Of a stretch of DNA of 64,000 nt, positions 23,801-30,300 are shown piece after piece. The notes beneath the pieces are model-generated. The model did no database searches. It was given only the letters and a program-made list of their open reading frames with translations, and was not told the origin of the DNA. This stretch comes from Giardia intestinalis (lineage: Eukaryota), in NCBI GenBank assembly GCA_000002435.2, contig CM018793.1, one strand, 5' to 3'. Both the position numbers and the translations under genes were made by a program. Each line of letters opens with the position of its first letter. Within the stretch, counting starts at the first letter, position 1.

Positions 23801-25519
23801 GATTTTAAGTTATTCTTCACCCTATCAGATAGCAAGGCCAAGTTATCCAATGATCTGTTGTTGAATAGCGTTAAGATATATTGGAGTATGCCTCACAATA
23901 TCAAGCAGAACCTTCTAGCAGTTTATGAGGACCACTTCAAAGACATTTACACCAAGTTTGAAGCTGATGAGATGGTCTACGGATCTATTCTGAACAAGCT
24001 CAGCTACTGGCTCCTCTTTGCATTCTTTGTTCTTAACGAACGCCTGACTGCCTCGTCTAGAATCAATGTACTAAGGTTCTATGATTCATTTCACGAGGTA
24101 AGGAATGTGTTCCTACTTGCAATCCAGTCGCTCAGTCGTCCAAAGGTGGTCACAAAGGGTCCAGGAATCGTTCTCGGCATCCCACTTTTGCGCGCTCTAA
24201 ATGCAAACAAACACTTTCAAGAGCAAGGAGTCAAGCACTATGTTCCCACAGAGATCGAGTGCTGCTCTGTTCTTTCTTTCGAGGGTATATATTACATCTT
24301 TGGAGACCTCTACATGAAATCGGAAATACAAGACCAGTATGATGAGGCGTGCTTCGACGCATTACTACGCAGCATCATTACACCGGAACTCTTTGATTCG
24401 GATAAATACCGAACTCATCCTGTCCATGGGCGATACATGATCAATCTTCAGAGCCTCTTTAATATTTCTCAAAGCTCTAATGCAAACATACTTCGCGATA
24501 TAGAGCACTCGGTCACGTCAATCAACCTTCCAGAATTATGGTCTCTCGATGCGTCCCTCTATGATATACTTGCATACCGAGAACTCTGCCTGTTTCTCCA
24601 ATCCAGTACTTCTTCGCGGCATGCTCCGTTTACAAATACAGGCGGCTATCTGGAAAGCACTCCCCACGGACATCGACTAGTCAGCGCTGTGGTAGAGGAC
24701 CAGTGTACCCAGGTCATTAGCACTGAGGTATACCGCAGGCGACTAGAAAAGGAAGTTCAGGCTAATAGTCCGTTAATGTATATCTATTTGGCAATTGAGC
24801 GAGATGTTGCTATTTTTAATCTTCGCATTCGTGCATTCCTACCAAGCATTCTTCAGCAGTCTAAGAAGTTCAGAACAATTATCAATTACTATACCAGCAT
24901 AGCCACCAAGGGATTTACAACAGCTCTGAATCTTGCGACTTTGCAGTCCCCCGCAACGTTCTTCGATGCACTGCGACTATACTACGGTCACAACCTTAAT
25001 GTGGGCTTTAGTAAGATCATCTTGGATATTGTTCCGAAGGCCTACTATTCTCAGAGTAAGGCAGATGAAGTGCTCATGGCGGAATCTATTGCAGACATGT
25101 CCAGAATAAGACCAGCTCCGTCTCCGCGACGCTATGTGGCAATTGATGAGGAAAATGCAACGCTCAGGATGATCGGCTTAAGTGCCTCTGAAAGTGCTGT
25201 AGATGAGGCCATTAATGCATCGTTGGTTGGGGTAGACAGCACTTTTGTTATCAATGGTGTCTACTTAGGCTGCTTTGGTGAAAGCCCGAGTCCGTATCTG
25301 TCGAGCAGACTCCCAGGTGATCCTTTCTCTGCGTCCCCCCTCTGTCTTTCTGTGCGAGGACGCGCCGTCCAACCGGGTGAGACAGCCCCTCTACTTATGT
25401 TTGCACACTCGTGGCCACGCGGGGACCCTGTTTGCAGTACGGCTGATTTTACAGGAACGTTGGATGAATGTAACAAGCACCTCGGTCTATATATGCGAAA
25501 CTACCAACATGACAAGTGA
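8801..25519 (+). CDS. Dynein heavy chain, highly divergent and unusually long (5572 aa from first ATG)
   Basis: Four AAA P-loops in dynein order and spacing: AAA1 GETGKTE followed by LTACAFGLLICFEDVEKF (cf. GPAGTGKTET...GAWACFDEFNRI), AAA2 GNHLSGKTSF, AAA3 GNTCSGKSSF, AAA4 GMDGTGRSTC. Long heptad coiled coils (stalk CC1/CC2) flank a ~120-aa microtubule-binding-like segment. Conserved post-stalk motif IGDSLLICSLINYTGSMS (cf. LGDVLLASAFVSYLGPF). Single uninterrupted ORF. Confidence 0.85.
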   Translation: MQMHQARHPPAILPDIACVSDQAPIGVSSQAAYNTDSMNVDIPTSLQPGKQLHIAKHNSVLHANIALITMMLQEAGASPEFIQELTRLKLPHARREPFIETHIDGAMTSISSILPRPSVFGYSLEFYDKYDDLLQLSNRVLSGEILHATMYKRDISSDSSHIDLSNYAVYEDYSLFLKHLETTYAIENVCVIGFNESERKFLVAPESIFGDGSNPPSGETLRGSSYLCARLMLKFSTTDHPLDRDSIFFKRLFEAHRLKATVERSYILHTFITALIKSIQYIDSFSRGELGRSITNIPLLPIIKALRLSPALIARTGCEVQIIRGISPGPEFFEDLLIKYFAKNVTIQQILKNNVFYPLLDSLLTDAEVDYKRVHILNSLGRCRLQNADLDRFLLKYGIDRQLTDCEYFLKCYNHKHVYPVLQHSTSRGGVINMRTVLVGTFPITERQVHYSENQSAHQELAFNSTSDTQATLESIACHKEAFMKARLHLEKHHYFYSTSLQGAMFRFRLDCTDFFGSNLVLFHPIVLGSSACDFVRHVLASGALDSTQKSSFYSKILDISVSDKHCLRKQDHEIADLYQNFLEEQKTFHEDLQATHSQEHVNFRRFGDGILYSDGRYEYYVGRQRILLPESITSGDYVSCIRNIAEHQQAIFRQRGENVLSISLIHSATDIDTHIYRGESFSFFRGWKSQCLFDSLNSFVTTIYETIDAIFLPRLAQYLFPLMALQEVERRHASRICDEIFTQALTETIDHTYDLFLEALKDKRRTPDLSFMNPDGFINISLTQQKQQGGCGNTLQHANVPPADTLPNTYMDSSIATSKLQASMPPIQLSDLEVVGKDIIIRKGNRAFLDPRNNTLTRLVKAILFEIEKLANRGMSLLEYGVFNYENWPKDALLKSSTPTFLYNSKEKIKELILNMIHLGLHSAGTLPKYLLEVPVTYPMDSVPLVEVVVQLAVNPVSSDYSESIGLYACAYEETSKAVSKWYQQNLYQLDLLFEQVAISSFLKESEIEDQQQASPTELPEKYTVLECYKDKYTTTGYGTNRYLRNDTAFQVFEKNPEPDHSRTDLSVTSVTQTTCPSDNLQSTMAELLEETIITANDCFVSVTDSTLPHFTLEPSKSEFMTKLSGLFDCYDTFASQFVSFYDSISVDPERKRLKPPEYAYGFRYVKEKRHTCLDYTEYCYQLAEVVLEICNIICSAIFNRTLDAKLKMWADIISNAMDLPYYNLYHSTSETSIEDFDYVPLRPVGVTSSSSNVVDKKDHQFEEVDLDIIREITSPLQIQELSRKVRKGQIDVTDNFLHKIKAYYYTSEYWATVKSTFDDRMSINAFLSLVGKKSEATMKRTEVQELISTEVVKAIIYYRSMQILVQEHLFPDTIRYGFICITTTPAKQAMEHRISAILCALGSIVTARAWTLIEYSNKILQAIQIQCSYTPSVPVEWYMLRRFVKFYIKPLQHLIHDLNNEAVSYLNNILTVLPLKELAHIKPQFDLRIHLEDPENWAAVIKRLSDPAAGVPDESRYESDVISMARTTQFSWIFNRFIGLRMHTDAIYHPYKLASHLYSSRSPFGLNKLITQSLIPSTEGIISQSKYDLLMNLEAHREDLTKRQSDLLERVEAFSKRIPAHFNFNEASQDVSYKFFKDGEALQAELANLQQESLNFINDEISLELAPGTFPVIDLLQPRIDMIHRFWTITYEHCTILPVWFDCLLSDLAAKYSGRLNEFKETVFNKYVQVADVLSLIQTAARKEKSKTMLASLANGEKILLKVQSHLAWFKHYSPVIVALLSPALKRRHLDQLRTKGIFLNLAEHTVSKLVERKVFLDLSEPSIQDKGFSHRAKLILEVIEHAQKEHDIELSFGKIEAIWKTVSFEFKVLSGDRYKSYSALYSTHRADVHNVPAVHPLSIAKAKVLDEHGRELCLNLSTSGSNDRVHSQLDLEKRPYVISNLGFILQLYQDHFLLTNKLLQSQHVTPMQRVIQQFTEKQLIVKEILLLIQDIQDSWLRLYPIYVGKYTEFFGHRATEFINLTICMQTVFLGFINNCNVQGNITIAGNLNQVDKQIELGLRDGTIKFSEVPPNQLLTPLLFYYKAFLDHLNARMYSLVDTKRQGFFRFTFMNTNEIVKILSALPGSADAVLTPLLHLYSLSDYSIEKHNEQLLLTTVFSKSGETIRLADPVDVTKEVDVWLTTFDDVFRKTMRKLFYDLYVDVFVDKMEPSVAFLKYPSCTVGLFLRVEFTHQMDAIFAQTVSELDTHHMILSLLDDINHRIVFFKQQFLACSNKLLYNNILVELMYFSNIVSTICKHPLARDKRFIYYRIYKYRIVPLADDAISLLTKTLSALGDSSINSLGSTSPDQDLLLSTKVIHRDMNPSDFDVQISCLGNSMLYRFDYIPPTTRSIVTEPVDQAATFIFSAFASRSVGGYIKGETGKTEAVKHIAYCLGYKPYIINPTYTVHFSETTLHHMMLTACAFGLLICFEDVEKFTSSLLITLSRNLGQVYGILNSYTSIQTLANCASLLHDSSNHMKIALPAENPVGEVFLHPSAIFFLTTNTPLPHSFNRVVKPFKCHLTESAIYHIIRTYMDIAGLTEIESVTSQLMHIMGAIKRLFAPFFGLRHIKDIISEMLLLSQYTGRPIKKAFAEQPAASHSDNSNVTNERANTGRAEPTLEQREPIISASKLVNLAIRTVVSPLLAPAHRVPFYNMLDAEFGAIALPPITETLLDAVREIYMDPAFCQSVYRETGLVCPCSDLDIYAQSILYTNSSVYQAAQTEFITDIKSFIEVIDHNYGTVVVGNHLSGKTSFITICSQVYAKLCDYVVNLRFINFSSISYHEFFGYYSFSDWIDGIIARLVSRAELHGSNEVSWIICDGVGKMDHLGSILNGTMFLPNGEILRLPSNMKFIFEVTNLMLVPEIFSAKCGLYQLGRHDYTEGYLRKLAYSPIVTGESTLNPLEMRLHAALQESLGEIPRPRGITLYTEESLDGSEEFDSSLKPCASEIILTRLRQLVPLVNLIGQAIMYNAVPGKVYRFYNINLTHQHSGNCLFTFTSLPCILDMYYKVLISSLVTWARLTTQPERLTELVDICTVYSIYNSFGLVLVTVEARQWFDWFVRLVFKLVSDHSRSLTESEVIFIQRHIKEIFSDDIISTLRSLSKSDSFKPKLTSIVCNSLQLPSTINMPTSTDVLEEYIFRIPLHQLFFEMLFDPKQFCFVSSYDVLSLGAPEYLSKVYSLKYNTYEVKPSSGALRYYILATMLLTCGYTLTILGNTCSGKSSFVRNLFMMNPFHFRNDFHILHISSLSEQNDPDVATVNIKKLVKSKLNMYTSSFYAPYPGACTYLIFEDAEVMPAAWLEVAREYQQNQSIYDNRTYTILKDVVFLFVTKFSNDFRIDERYLKTSFFLPFYDVTADEMRQIISFKMKLPDPRLTEKLVLCSYDLLHEVNAYLIGGYSTTTGTTCLTTTATFAPLVSSRGSCDPAPLVTLEVLLNISDQIAKFIKQLPKDIDQMTIVKLWIHETFREFTDSRSRVFYRTFTSIIYTLVQKHFDSEVASRLIVPLDDQHAEIFDILMNKLKAKSRTLSTTGSFMLNDPVSLKGHNPIGLPAIQEISTSDEAGSENEHDDLEQTDENNSHFVPLNPDASDFNTNNRLQLEKRHVSALPMFTYTFNASAIRQGYQDESIEDFASRASLLDEQHAHEDSGDLPALVSLLRYTEVTMNDMSKAIEDADNDDHEVEAPANGKGEILIHHAKRNSCFVTSTQTLLSVQRISRIIGTRSCAIIGMDGTGRSTCLRQAADNLRMVIIEFDPLVSTWTNFIINALTRSVFMERLVIQLNQEDLDSPEILEDLEMYFSTGLVHRIVDTDEKITSLADYIKEMHMDLYGTLIEAAHTGANDLLIMYRRILAERVRFSLILKEDYYHMLATAYPVFFKNLGVLMFDYLDNSTMAVIVTKLIPDLKPEKFLLDHVISKLHHIGYVAMLASKGKNRGCNFTKLFVNLTLAYFSHHNSYKEKLAEKRNLCSMSLELYNIMGVMLDVTSKKEVGTKEQSKALEQKIEEIGAQLKEAILRQAEASQMVAQAAEKVAYANKQIHDCSLKVDSILKPYMGSVELSHQYLLKLSAKELGAFKTLTRPNEVTQLIFKVIYLLMENTIPEGATLYSYWIPCRKIVAANDFIDRAINLDTAALKSDIVDEILSSITSSSFTADAASKTSATMGNLMAWCSSVCKLVAAQKEAAPLQSQLDQLRQNGADAVSSQQVLKSQQELADKTVVQLRDSITRCKLEIETLGKTGEIISERTRRINLFLGAFADLKKHWETVTEDKDYMRTTIGDSLLICSLINYTGSMSLLAKLDFLLKCKQILSANGIAYTGSEIDIEKGHTYDMSDPEVVASQVLGLKRLLITEEEEMQLVCRGLRADDNMIISAQTIDFVVNDFQCYPLIHDPHEFLLPWLSAFSTNSLRAKHLLAGLASAAIDGKIGDQESIPETVFLNSSSRDFFVNLRAHLVKGSVVIVQLAPSFDQARISGIAELLSHMTDTHTKIVFYNTQKANDSFQTLFSKNKAIRDYIYTVDITSYDQRNYILLRLSSICNPEIDSSMVKLCGEYLSLYTSRDQVVAPRLYQMIKHVHTSMKDPAIGELILDDVQYFDKMLSSLEQYQIQSSNLAKLMRRVQEKEVQRQEYSILASCASHLRNITDRLTDRALFYQYNFEKVFGLIESTANQYMEQHSTQLVPPEAAEVLIYEAIYLLIAPSLHTNEKLLFELNMALVKELEGKLSGLRHDISSNDVLKIIIKSGSLLDLALDAGENLPPNKSLKITDSALQAISRLEDGSAFGPYLSGICKHIHDHPDAWDKALDTIRAIGNTDLEAYNPDVIRCFPSYSVTAKTMPLAIWLVITYHLDKSKFIAVAKSYIINVLPFAKTNRIKDHIIDLRLNGERDWKPYLLLQTDPQMILDIEHLARARNIHITMLLEKQKLIELCTTRTWVLLPDIQFHDDHELRCLILMELPAIHASGGMHRDFKLFFTLSDSKAKLSNDLLLNSVKIYWSMPHNIKQNLLAVYEDHFKDIYTKFEADEMVYGSILNKLSYWLLFAFFVLNERLTASSRINVLRFYDSFHEVRNVFLLAIQSLSRPKVVTKGPGIVLGIPLLRALNANKHFQEQGVKHYVPTEIECCSVLSFEGIYYIFGDLYMKSEIQDQYDEACFDALLRSIITPELFDSDKYRTHPVHGRYMINLQSLFNISQSSNANILRDIEHSVTSINLPELWSLDASLYDILAYRELCLFLQSSTSSRHAPFTNTGGYLESTPHGHRLVSAVVEDQCTQVISTEVYRRRLEKEVQANSPLMYIYLAIERDVAIFNLRIRAFLPSILQQSKKFRTIINYYTSIATKGFTTALNLATLQSPATFFDALRLYYGHNLNVGFSKIILDIVPKAYYSQSKADEVLMAESIADMSRIRPAPSPRRYVAIDEENATLRMIGLSASESAVDEAINASLVGVDSTFVINGVYLGCFGESPSPYLSSRLPGDPFSASPLCLSVRGRAVQPGETAPLLMFAHSWPRGDPVCSTADFTGTLDECNKHLGLYMRNYQHDK

Positions 25520-25521
25520 AC
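25515..25521 (+). promoter_or_regulatory. Putative Giardia polyadenylation signal AGTGAAC (AGTRAAY) overlapping dynein stop codon
   Basis: aAGTGAAc, with TGA at 25517-25519 as the stop. Matches the established Giardia poly(A) consensus. Confidence 0.4.
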
Positions 25522-25575
25522 TTGTAGTGTACAGCTGTCCAATCAACCGGGAAGAATTTACCAAAGCATGTTGCA

Positions 25576-26475
25576 CTAGATATCGTCTCCATCCAAACCT
25601 TCTTCGTCACCGTCTTCCTCATCCTCATCATCCACTTTGTAGGCAAGAAGGAACGCAAGGCTTCCGCCTCCTTCATTTCTGATGCGGAAACAGAGACGCA
25701 TGGGCGAGTTATCACTGAGTTCAAGAAGGACCTTATCACTGAGGGGGGCAGCTTTAGCGAAATTAGAAATATACGTGAGCGGATACTTCTTATTGACCTC
25801 ATTTTTCACCCGAATCTCCACCTCTCCATAGCCTTCTCCGTCGCCATCATCAGGATCATCGGCTGCGTCCTCTTCTTTGGTACGAACGTACCCAGACATA
25901 CCCAGCGTAATTACACACTTGGTGTCCTCGCCCATGACCTCAAAGCTGACGGTAGTATCTGCGCTCTTTGTGAATATCCTACACGTCTTTCCGATACCCA
26001 TCAGGTCTCTGACCATTCCTGCAAAGCGTCCACTGTCTATGGATACGGTAGAGTCAAACTCAGGACGGATGACATCTATCTGGTCTGCATCAGAGCGAAA
26101 GAGGCGCAAAGAAAAGTTCATCGTCTGACTATACTTTCGTGACTCCACAAGGATATCGAGCTGATCGGAGCTGTTACTGCGTTGAGAGAGAGTCACTAGG
26201 TCATCGTTGGAGCAAAACTTAATCACCTTCAAGAAGCTTGCTGTACGAACACCCAGCGAGCACGCCCTTTCACAGCGGAAGTTCTTAAAGAACTGGGTAG
26301 GGAGGTGTAGAGATATCAAGGCAATGCGGCCATTGTCAATGGTCTCGATGGAAAGGCCATGGTCTGTAATTGAGACGGGTGTGTCCTTCACAAGGGGAAC
26401 TAGAGTCTCAAAGATCTTCTTGAGGGTTCCGGCGTCACGAAAGGTCAGCTCGAAGTTCAGCGCGTTTGAAGCCAT
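25576..26475 (-). CDS. PCNA: Proliferating cell nuclear antigen (PCNA) with acidic insertion and acidic C-terminal tail
   Basis: MASNALNFELTF... start. LTYISNFAKAAPLSDKVLLELSDNSPMRLCF matches the PCNA C-terminal [31 protein letters not shown] block. Whole-length beta-clamp pattern. ATG preceded by an AT-rich element. Confidence 0.9.
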   Translation of the reverse strand: MASNALNFELTFRDAGTLKKIFETLVPLVKDTPVSITDHGLSIETIDNGRIALISLHLPTQFFKNFRCERACSLGVRTASFLKVIKFCSNDDLVTLSQRSNSSDQLDILVESRKYSQTMNFSLRLFRSDADQIDVIRPEFDSTVSIDSGRFAGMVRDLMGIGKTCRIFTKSADTTVSFEVMGEDTKCVITLGMSGYVRTKEEDAADDPDDGDGEGYGEVEIRVKNEVNKKYPLTYISNFAKAAPLSDKVLLELSDNSPMRLCFRIRNEGGGSLAFLLAYKVDDEDEEDGDEEGLDGDDI

Positions 26476-26612
26476 GGCTTAAAATTCGAATTTTGACCAC
26501 GCTCGATAGCCTTGACGCCCAGATCAACCGACACTGTAGAGACGTAAAAAACAGATATCGACCCCCAGAAATCACAAACCGATATCCACTATTTACATAA
26601 ACCAAAGACCGA

Positions 26613-27248
26613 CTATAAGGTACCAAAGATACGGTCACCGGCATCCCCGAGCCCCGGCACAATGTAGCCCTTCTCGTTGAGGTGGCTATCCTTCTGTGCA
26701 CAAAACACCTCTATGTCTGGATACGCCTTGCGAAGATTGTCGATGCCCTCTGGGGCTGCAATGATGACCATGACCTTAATGGACGAAAGAGGACAGTTGT
26801 ACTTCTTAACAAGGGTATCGATAGTTGCGATGACCGATCCTGCTGTGGCAAGCATAGGATCGACTATGTAGATGGACCTCTCGGCCATGTCAACGGGCAT
26901 CTTGCAGAAGTATGTCACCGGCTGCAGGGTATCGTGGTCCCTGTAAAGCCCCATGTGTCCAACCTTCGCGGCGGGCAGGATCTCCAGAAGCCCATCGACC
27001 ATGCCGAGGCCTGCTCTCAGAATGGGAACGACCGCTGCCTTCTTCCCGCGGAGGCGCTTGCCGACGGTTGTGCAGAGGGGCGTGGCGATCTCGTAGTCCT
27101 CCAGCTCGAGGCTGCGGGTGGCCTCGTACATCATGAGGAGGCCGATCTCCCTGAGGAGCTCCCGGAACTCCTTCGGGCCGGTTGTGACGCTGCGGAGGAG
27201 CCCGACCTTGTGTTGGATGAGCGGGTGGTCGAAGATAGTGAGGCCCAT
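26613..27248 (-). CDS. UPRT: Uracil phosphoribosyltransferase
   Basis: End-to-end similarity to Upp/UPRT: HPLIQHKVGLLR, KKAAVVPILRAGLGM, YIVDPMLATAGSVIATID, IIAAPEG, GYIVPGLGDAGDRIFGT (PRPP- and uracil-binding motifs). Confidence 0.92.
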   Translation of the reverse strand: MGLTIFDHPLIQHKVGLLRSVTTGPKEFRELLREIGLLMMYEATRSLELEDYEIATPLCTTVGKRLRGKKAAVVPILRAGLGMVDGLLEILPAAKVGHMGLYRDHDTLQPVTYFCKMPVDMAERSIYIVDPMLATAGSVIATIDTLVKKYNCPLSSIKVMVIIAAPEGIDNLRKAYPDIEVFCAQKDSHLNEKGYIVPGLGDAGDRIFGTL

Positions 27249-27312
27249 TTTTTCCCCTACAAACTATCAACACACTCTCTCTCGTGCATTCTCTTTCGTG
27301 GTGCCTTGGCGG

Positions 27313-27384
27313 TCCGGTGTGGTATAACGGCTAGCATGACTGGTTTTCACCCAGTAGATCCGGGTTCGATTCCCGGCATCGGAG
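27313..27384 (+). tRNA. tRNA-Glu (anticodon UUC), 72 nt, no encoded CCA
   Basis: Cloverleaf: acceptor tccggtg/catcgga (one G-U), anticodon stem actgg/ccagt with loop ttTTCac, T arm ccggg-ttcgatt-cccgg (B-box GGTTCGATTCC), D-loop aacggcta. Near-identical layout to eukaryotic tRNA-Glu(UUC). Coordinates +/-1. Confidence 0.8.
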
Positions 27385-27388
27385 CTCT

Positions 27389-30300
27389 TTACTTTCCCGC
27401 CCTGCACCGGACCCGCGCAAGCTGCTCCCGGCAGACCGCCCCGCTGAAGAAGATGGCCGGAGGATGGTAGTCCCCAAGGTCTGCCGGGCGGCACGATGGA
27501 ATCCTTGCTCCAGGTCCCAGCTGCCGCGCAGACTTCGCCAGTTCGAGGTCGCGCACGTCGTCCCGCTCCAGAGAAACAATGATCTGCATCTCTATGGCGC
27601 GATTTTGCTCATATCTCTCCTTCTCTTCTTTGGCCCTGAGCTCTGCTAAGCACCATCTTCGTTGTATTTCAAACTTCGGCATTGGTCCAACCAATTGTAA
27701 CGAGAGAAGATGGCTCGGAGGCACTCTGGTCTCTACTCCTGTTTCGAAGGTAACCGTAACAGTCTTTGAATCATAATCACAAATAAGCCCAAATAGACCT
27801 CTACGAAGAGGAGAAAAAGGATCTGCTATTAAATCAAGGTCTTCCGGGGGCCAATAAACACAGGCAGAGCCTATAAGCTGGTCTCTGAGCGCTATTTGTG
27901 AGGCGAACAAACAAGAAAGAGAAGAGCCTGGCAGCGAGGCGATTGACATTTGTTGCTTTGGTAGAACAGTTTGCAGCTCTGAAACGCGAACCGTGATTGT
28001 ACCTTCTACAAATCGTACCGCTGCATAATCAGTACCGATATGATGCAGAGTACTCAGCACTATTCCCATTCCATTTTTGCGAACCTCTGGGCGAATCACA
28101 AACATCCCCTTGTCGATTTGTTCACCATGTAAGTAGCGAGGCACATACGCAGCTGTTTGCTGGAAGGACGAGATATCGAGAAATAGATCGTGAACCGACA
28201 GAACGTTAGTGTCACATACAAGGCACCCCATGCGGCCCACATAATAAGTTACTGCGCATGATCTGCAGACTAAGTGCCCGCATCGTAAGCGACAAGGATG
28301 TCGCACAACCTGACTGCATGCACTGCAGAGGAAATCCCGAGCCCCTGTTCTGAAAAGCACCTTAAGCACTGAGGCAAATGTTGAAATAGTGGCTTCCATC
28401 TGCGGATTGCTTCGCATCAGTTTGATAACTCGCTGCTCCTCCTTTCGTAGCTCTGCCAGTTTATTCTTAGCTGCAGTGTTTGCAAGCAGAGTATCCTTAT
28501 GCTCAATCAGATGCACACTAAATGGATGGGTCAAAGGCTTGATTGGGACGGCTAGCTTTGCACCGTTATTTATTTGGGCTTGGTAGCGTTGTCTTTCAAA
28601 AGCCTGCAGCGGCTTTTTCGTGTGTGATCTCGGCACTATTGATGATGCTCTTACTTTCTTGTTATCTTCATGCTCTATAACCTTCTCGATGTGTGGAGCA
28701 TTTGGTTTGGAGTCCTTCCATGCATTAGCGCAGATACCTTCTGCTGCTTGTCGTCGCTGAACATGAAGATCATCCTTCACAAAACCAATGTGGTTCTCCT
28801 CCATGTAACGCTCACGATATTGCCTAGTTACCAACTCTTTTTCTGTTTTCATCTTAATCTCCTTAATATACCTTAAAAGATAGCTAAATAATGTAATGAT
28901 TCGGGAAAAATCCGGTACAAGACGGATGCTCGTGATAAGAAATGGATTTGTCATGTTTTGGAGAGGAGCGAAGAATGGTCCATTCCGCATAAGAACCATG
29001 GCTCGAGACTTGTTAAATATTTTGACCAATGCATGAGTAAAGAAATTGTTGGGGCATTCATCGAAGAAGTCACAAGGTGGCTCCAAATTATCAGTAAGGT
29101 CTTTGCCAGTTGAAATGTTTGGACTAGTGTATACACCTATATGGCTCTGGAACAGCGTACTCGCCAAAAGCACACCTGAATTACCTCGTAGTGCTGGTCT
29201 AAATTCTCGAAGATCAAGCGGAGTAAGATCTCCCACAGATACTGTAACTATAGTGTCTGGATCTGTCAGGACTCTAACAGTATTGTAAGAAGGATCGTCA
29301 TAGATCATTCCTATAGTATTGACAGCCAAGTTTATGCGCACAGGTTGCCACTTATCTAGGAGAGCCTTGTGTAGGGGAAACAGTGAATTTATCGCATCTA
29401 ATAAGGGGCTATTTATAGGTACAAATCTAGATGTCCTTACGAATGGGTATAGCGTGTTATCTGTGGCCTCATCCGTGGGACAATGTGAAGCAGAGGAAAA
29501 AGAAGTGTCGAGATCCAAATCACAGAGGGAAAGACGCACACCACATCCTAAGCAGGGCCAAGACATCTTCAAACTATCCAGGGCACAATTGTAGCAATAG
29601 AAGTGACCACACTTGAGCTTCACCGGGAGTCTGAGGAGTTGTTTGCATCCTACGCAGCAAAAGTCGCGAAGCTTGTTCCAAAAGGCCAAATTGGTGACGA
29701 TTGATAAGTACGGGCAGATGTTTGTGACCCTTTCTTGACCGTTAGGACCCTGAAGCTCCACAGAGCGTGTAGCAGCATTTTCAGCCATTAAAAGACGATA
29801 GTTTGAAGAGCTTTCCGGGCGCTCGAAATAGTCAGGAAATTCGGACGGTGAAAAGAACTTTGCATGTGACAATGAGCATATATAATCATTCTCATCGAAA
29901 TCCAGATTTTTCCTAGCCTCCTCTGCTAAATCAGTGACAACAACCTGAAGTTGCTGCAGTTCTTCGAAATGCTCTGCATATCTCTCCTGAGAACCTCTGG
30001 AGATCTTGGTTAAAAAATTATCTGCATACGCAAGCGGATCCCTTGCCAGGTGGTTGGTAGTCATGCATAGTTCATAGTTGTATATTTCATTTGCAAACAT
30101 GCACAGCTCGTTCTTCGCAAAAGGTGCTTGGTCTTCTGATGATGCTGCAGCGGATGTAGAGGTGACTTCAGATCTTCGTATAAACCTGGCTTTTTCTAAA
30201 GTACGCTCTAAAGAAAAACACTCTATCTTGTTCTTAGTAGCCTGCTTATCAAATAATTTTAGATTGAGTTTGCGAGAGTCTATAACAATAGACCCTCGCG

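Noticed and set aside
27300-27421. Apparent 1-nt frame inconsistencies between my base counting of the printed sequence and the ORF-track coordinates (around 27300/27420 and 31500)
   Set aside because: Compensating +/-1 offsets at line boundaries. Probably my transcription or reading rather than biology. Treated as coordinate uncertainty of +/-1, not as frameshifts.
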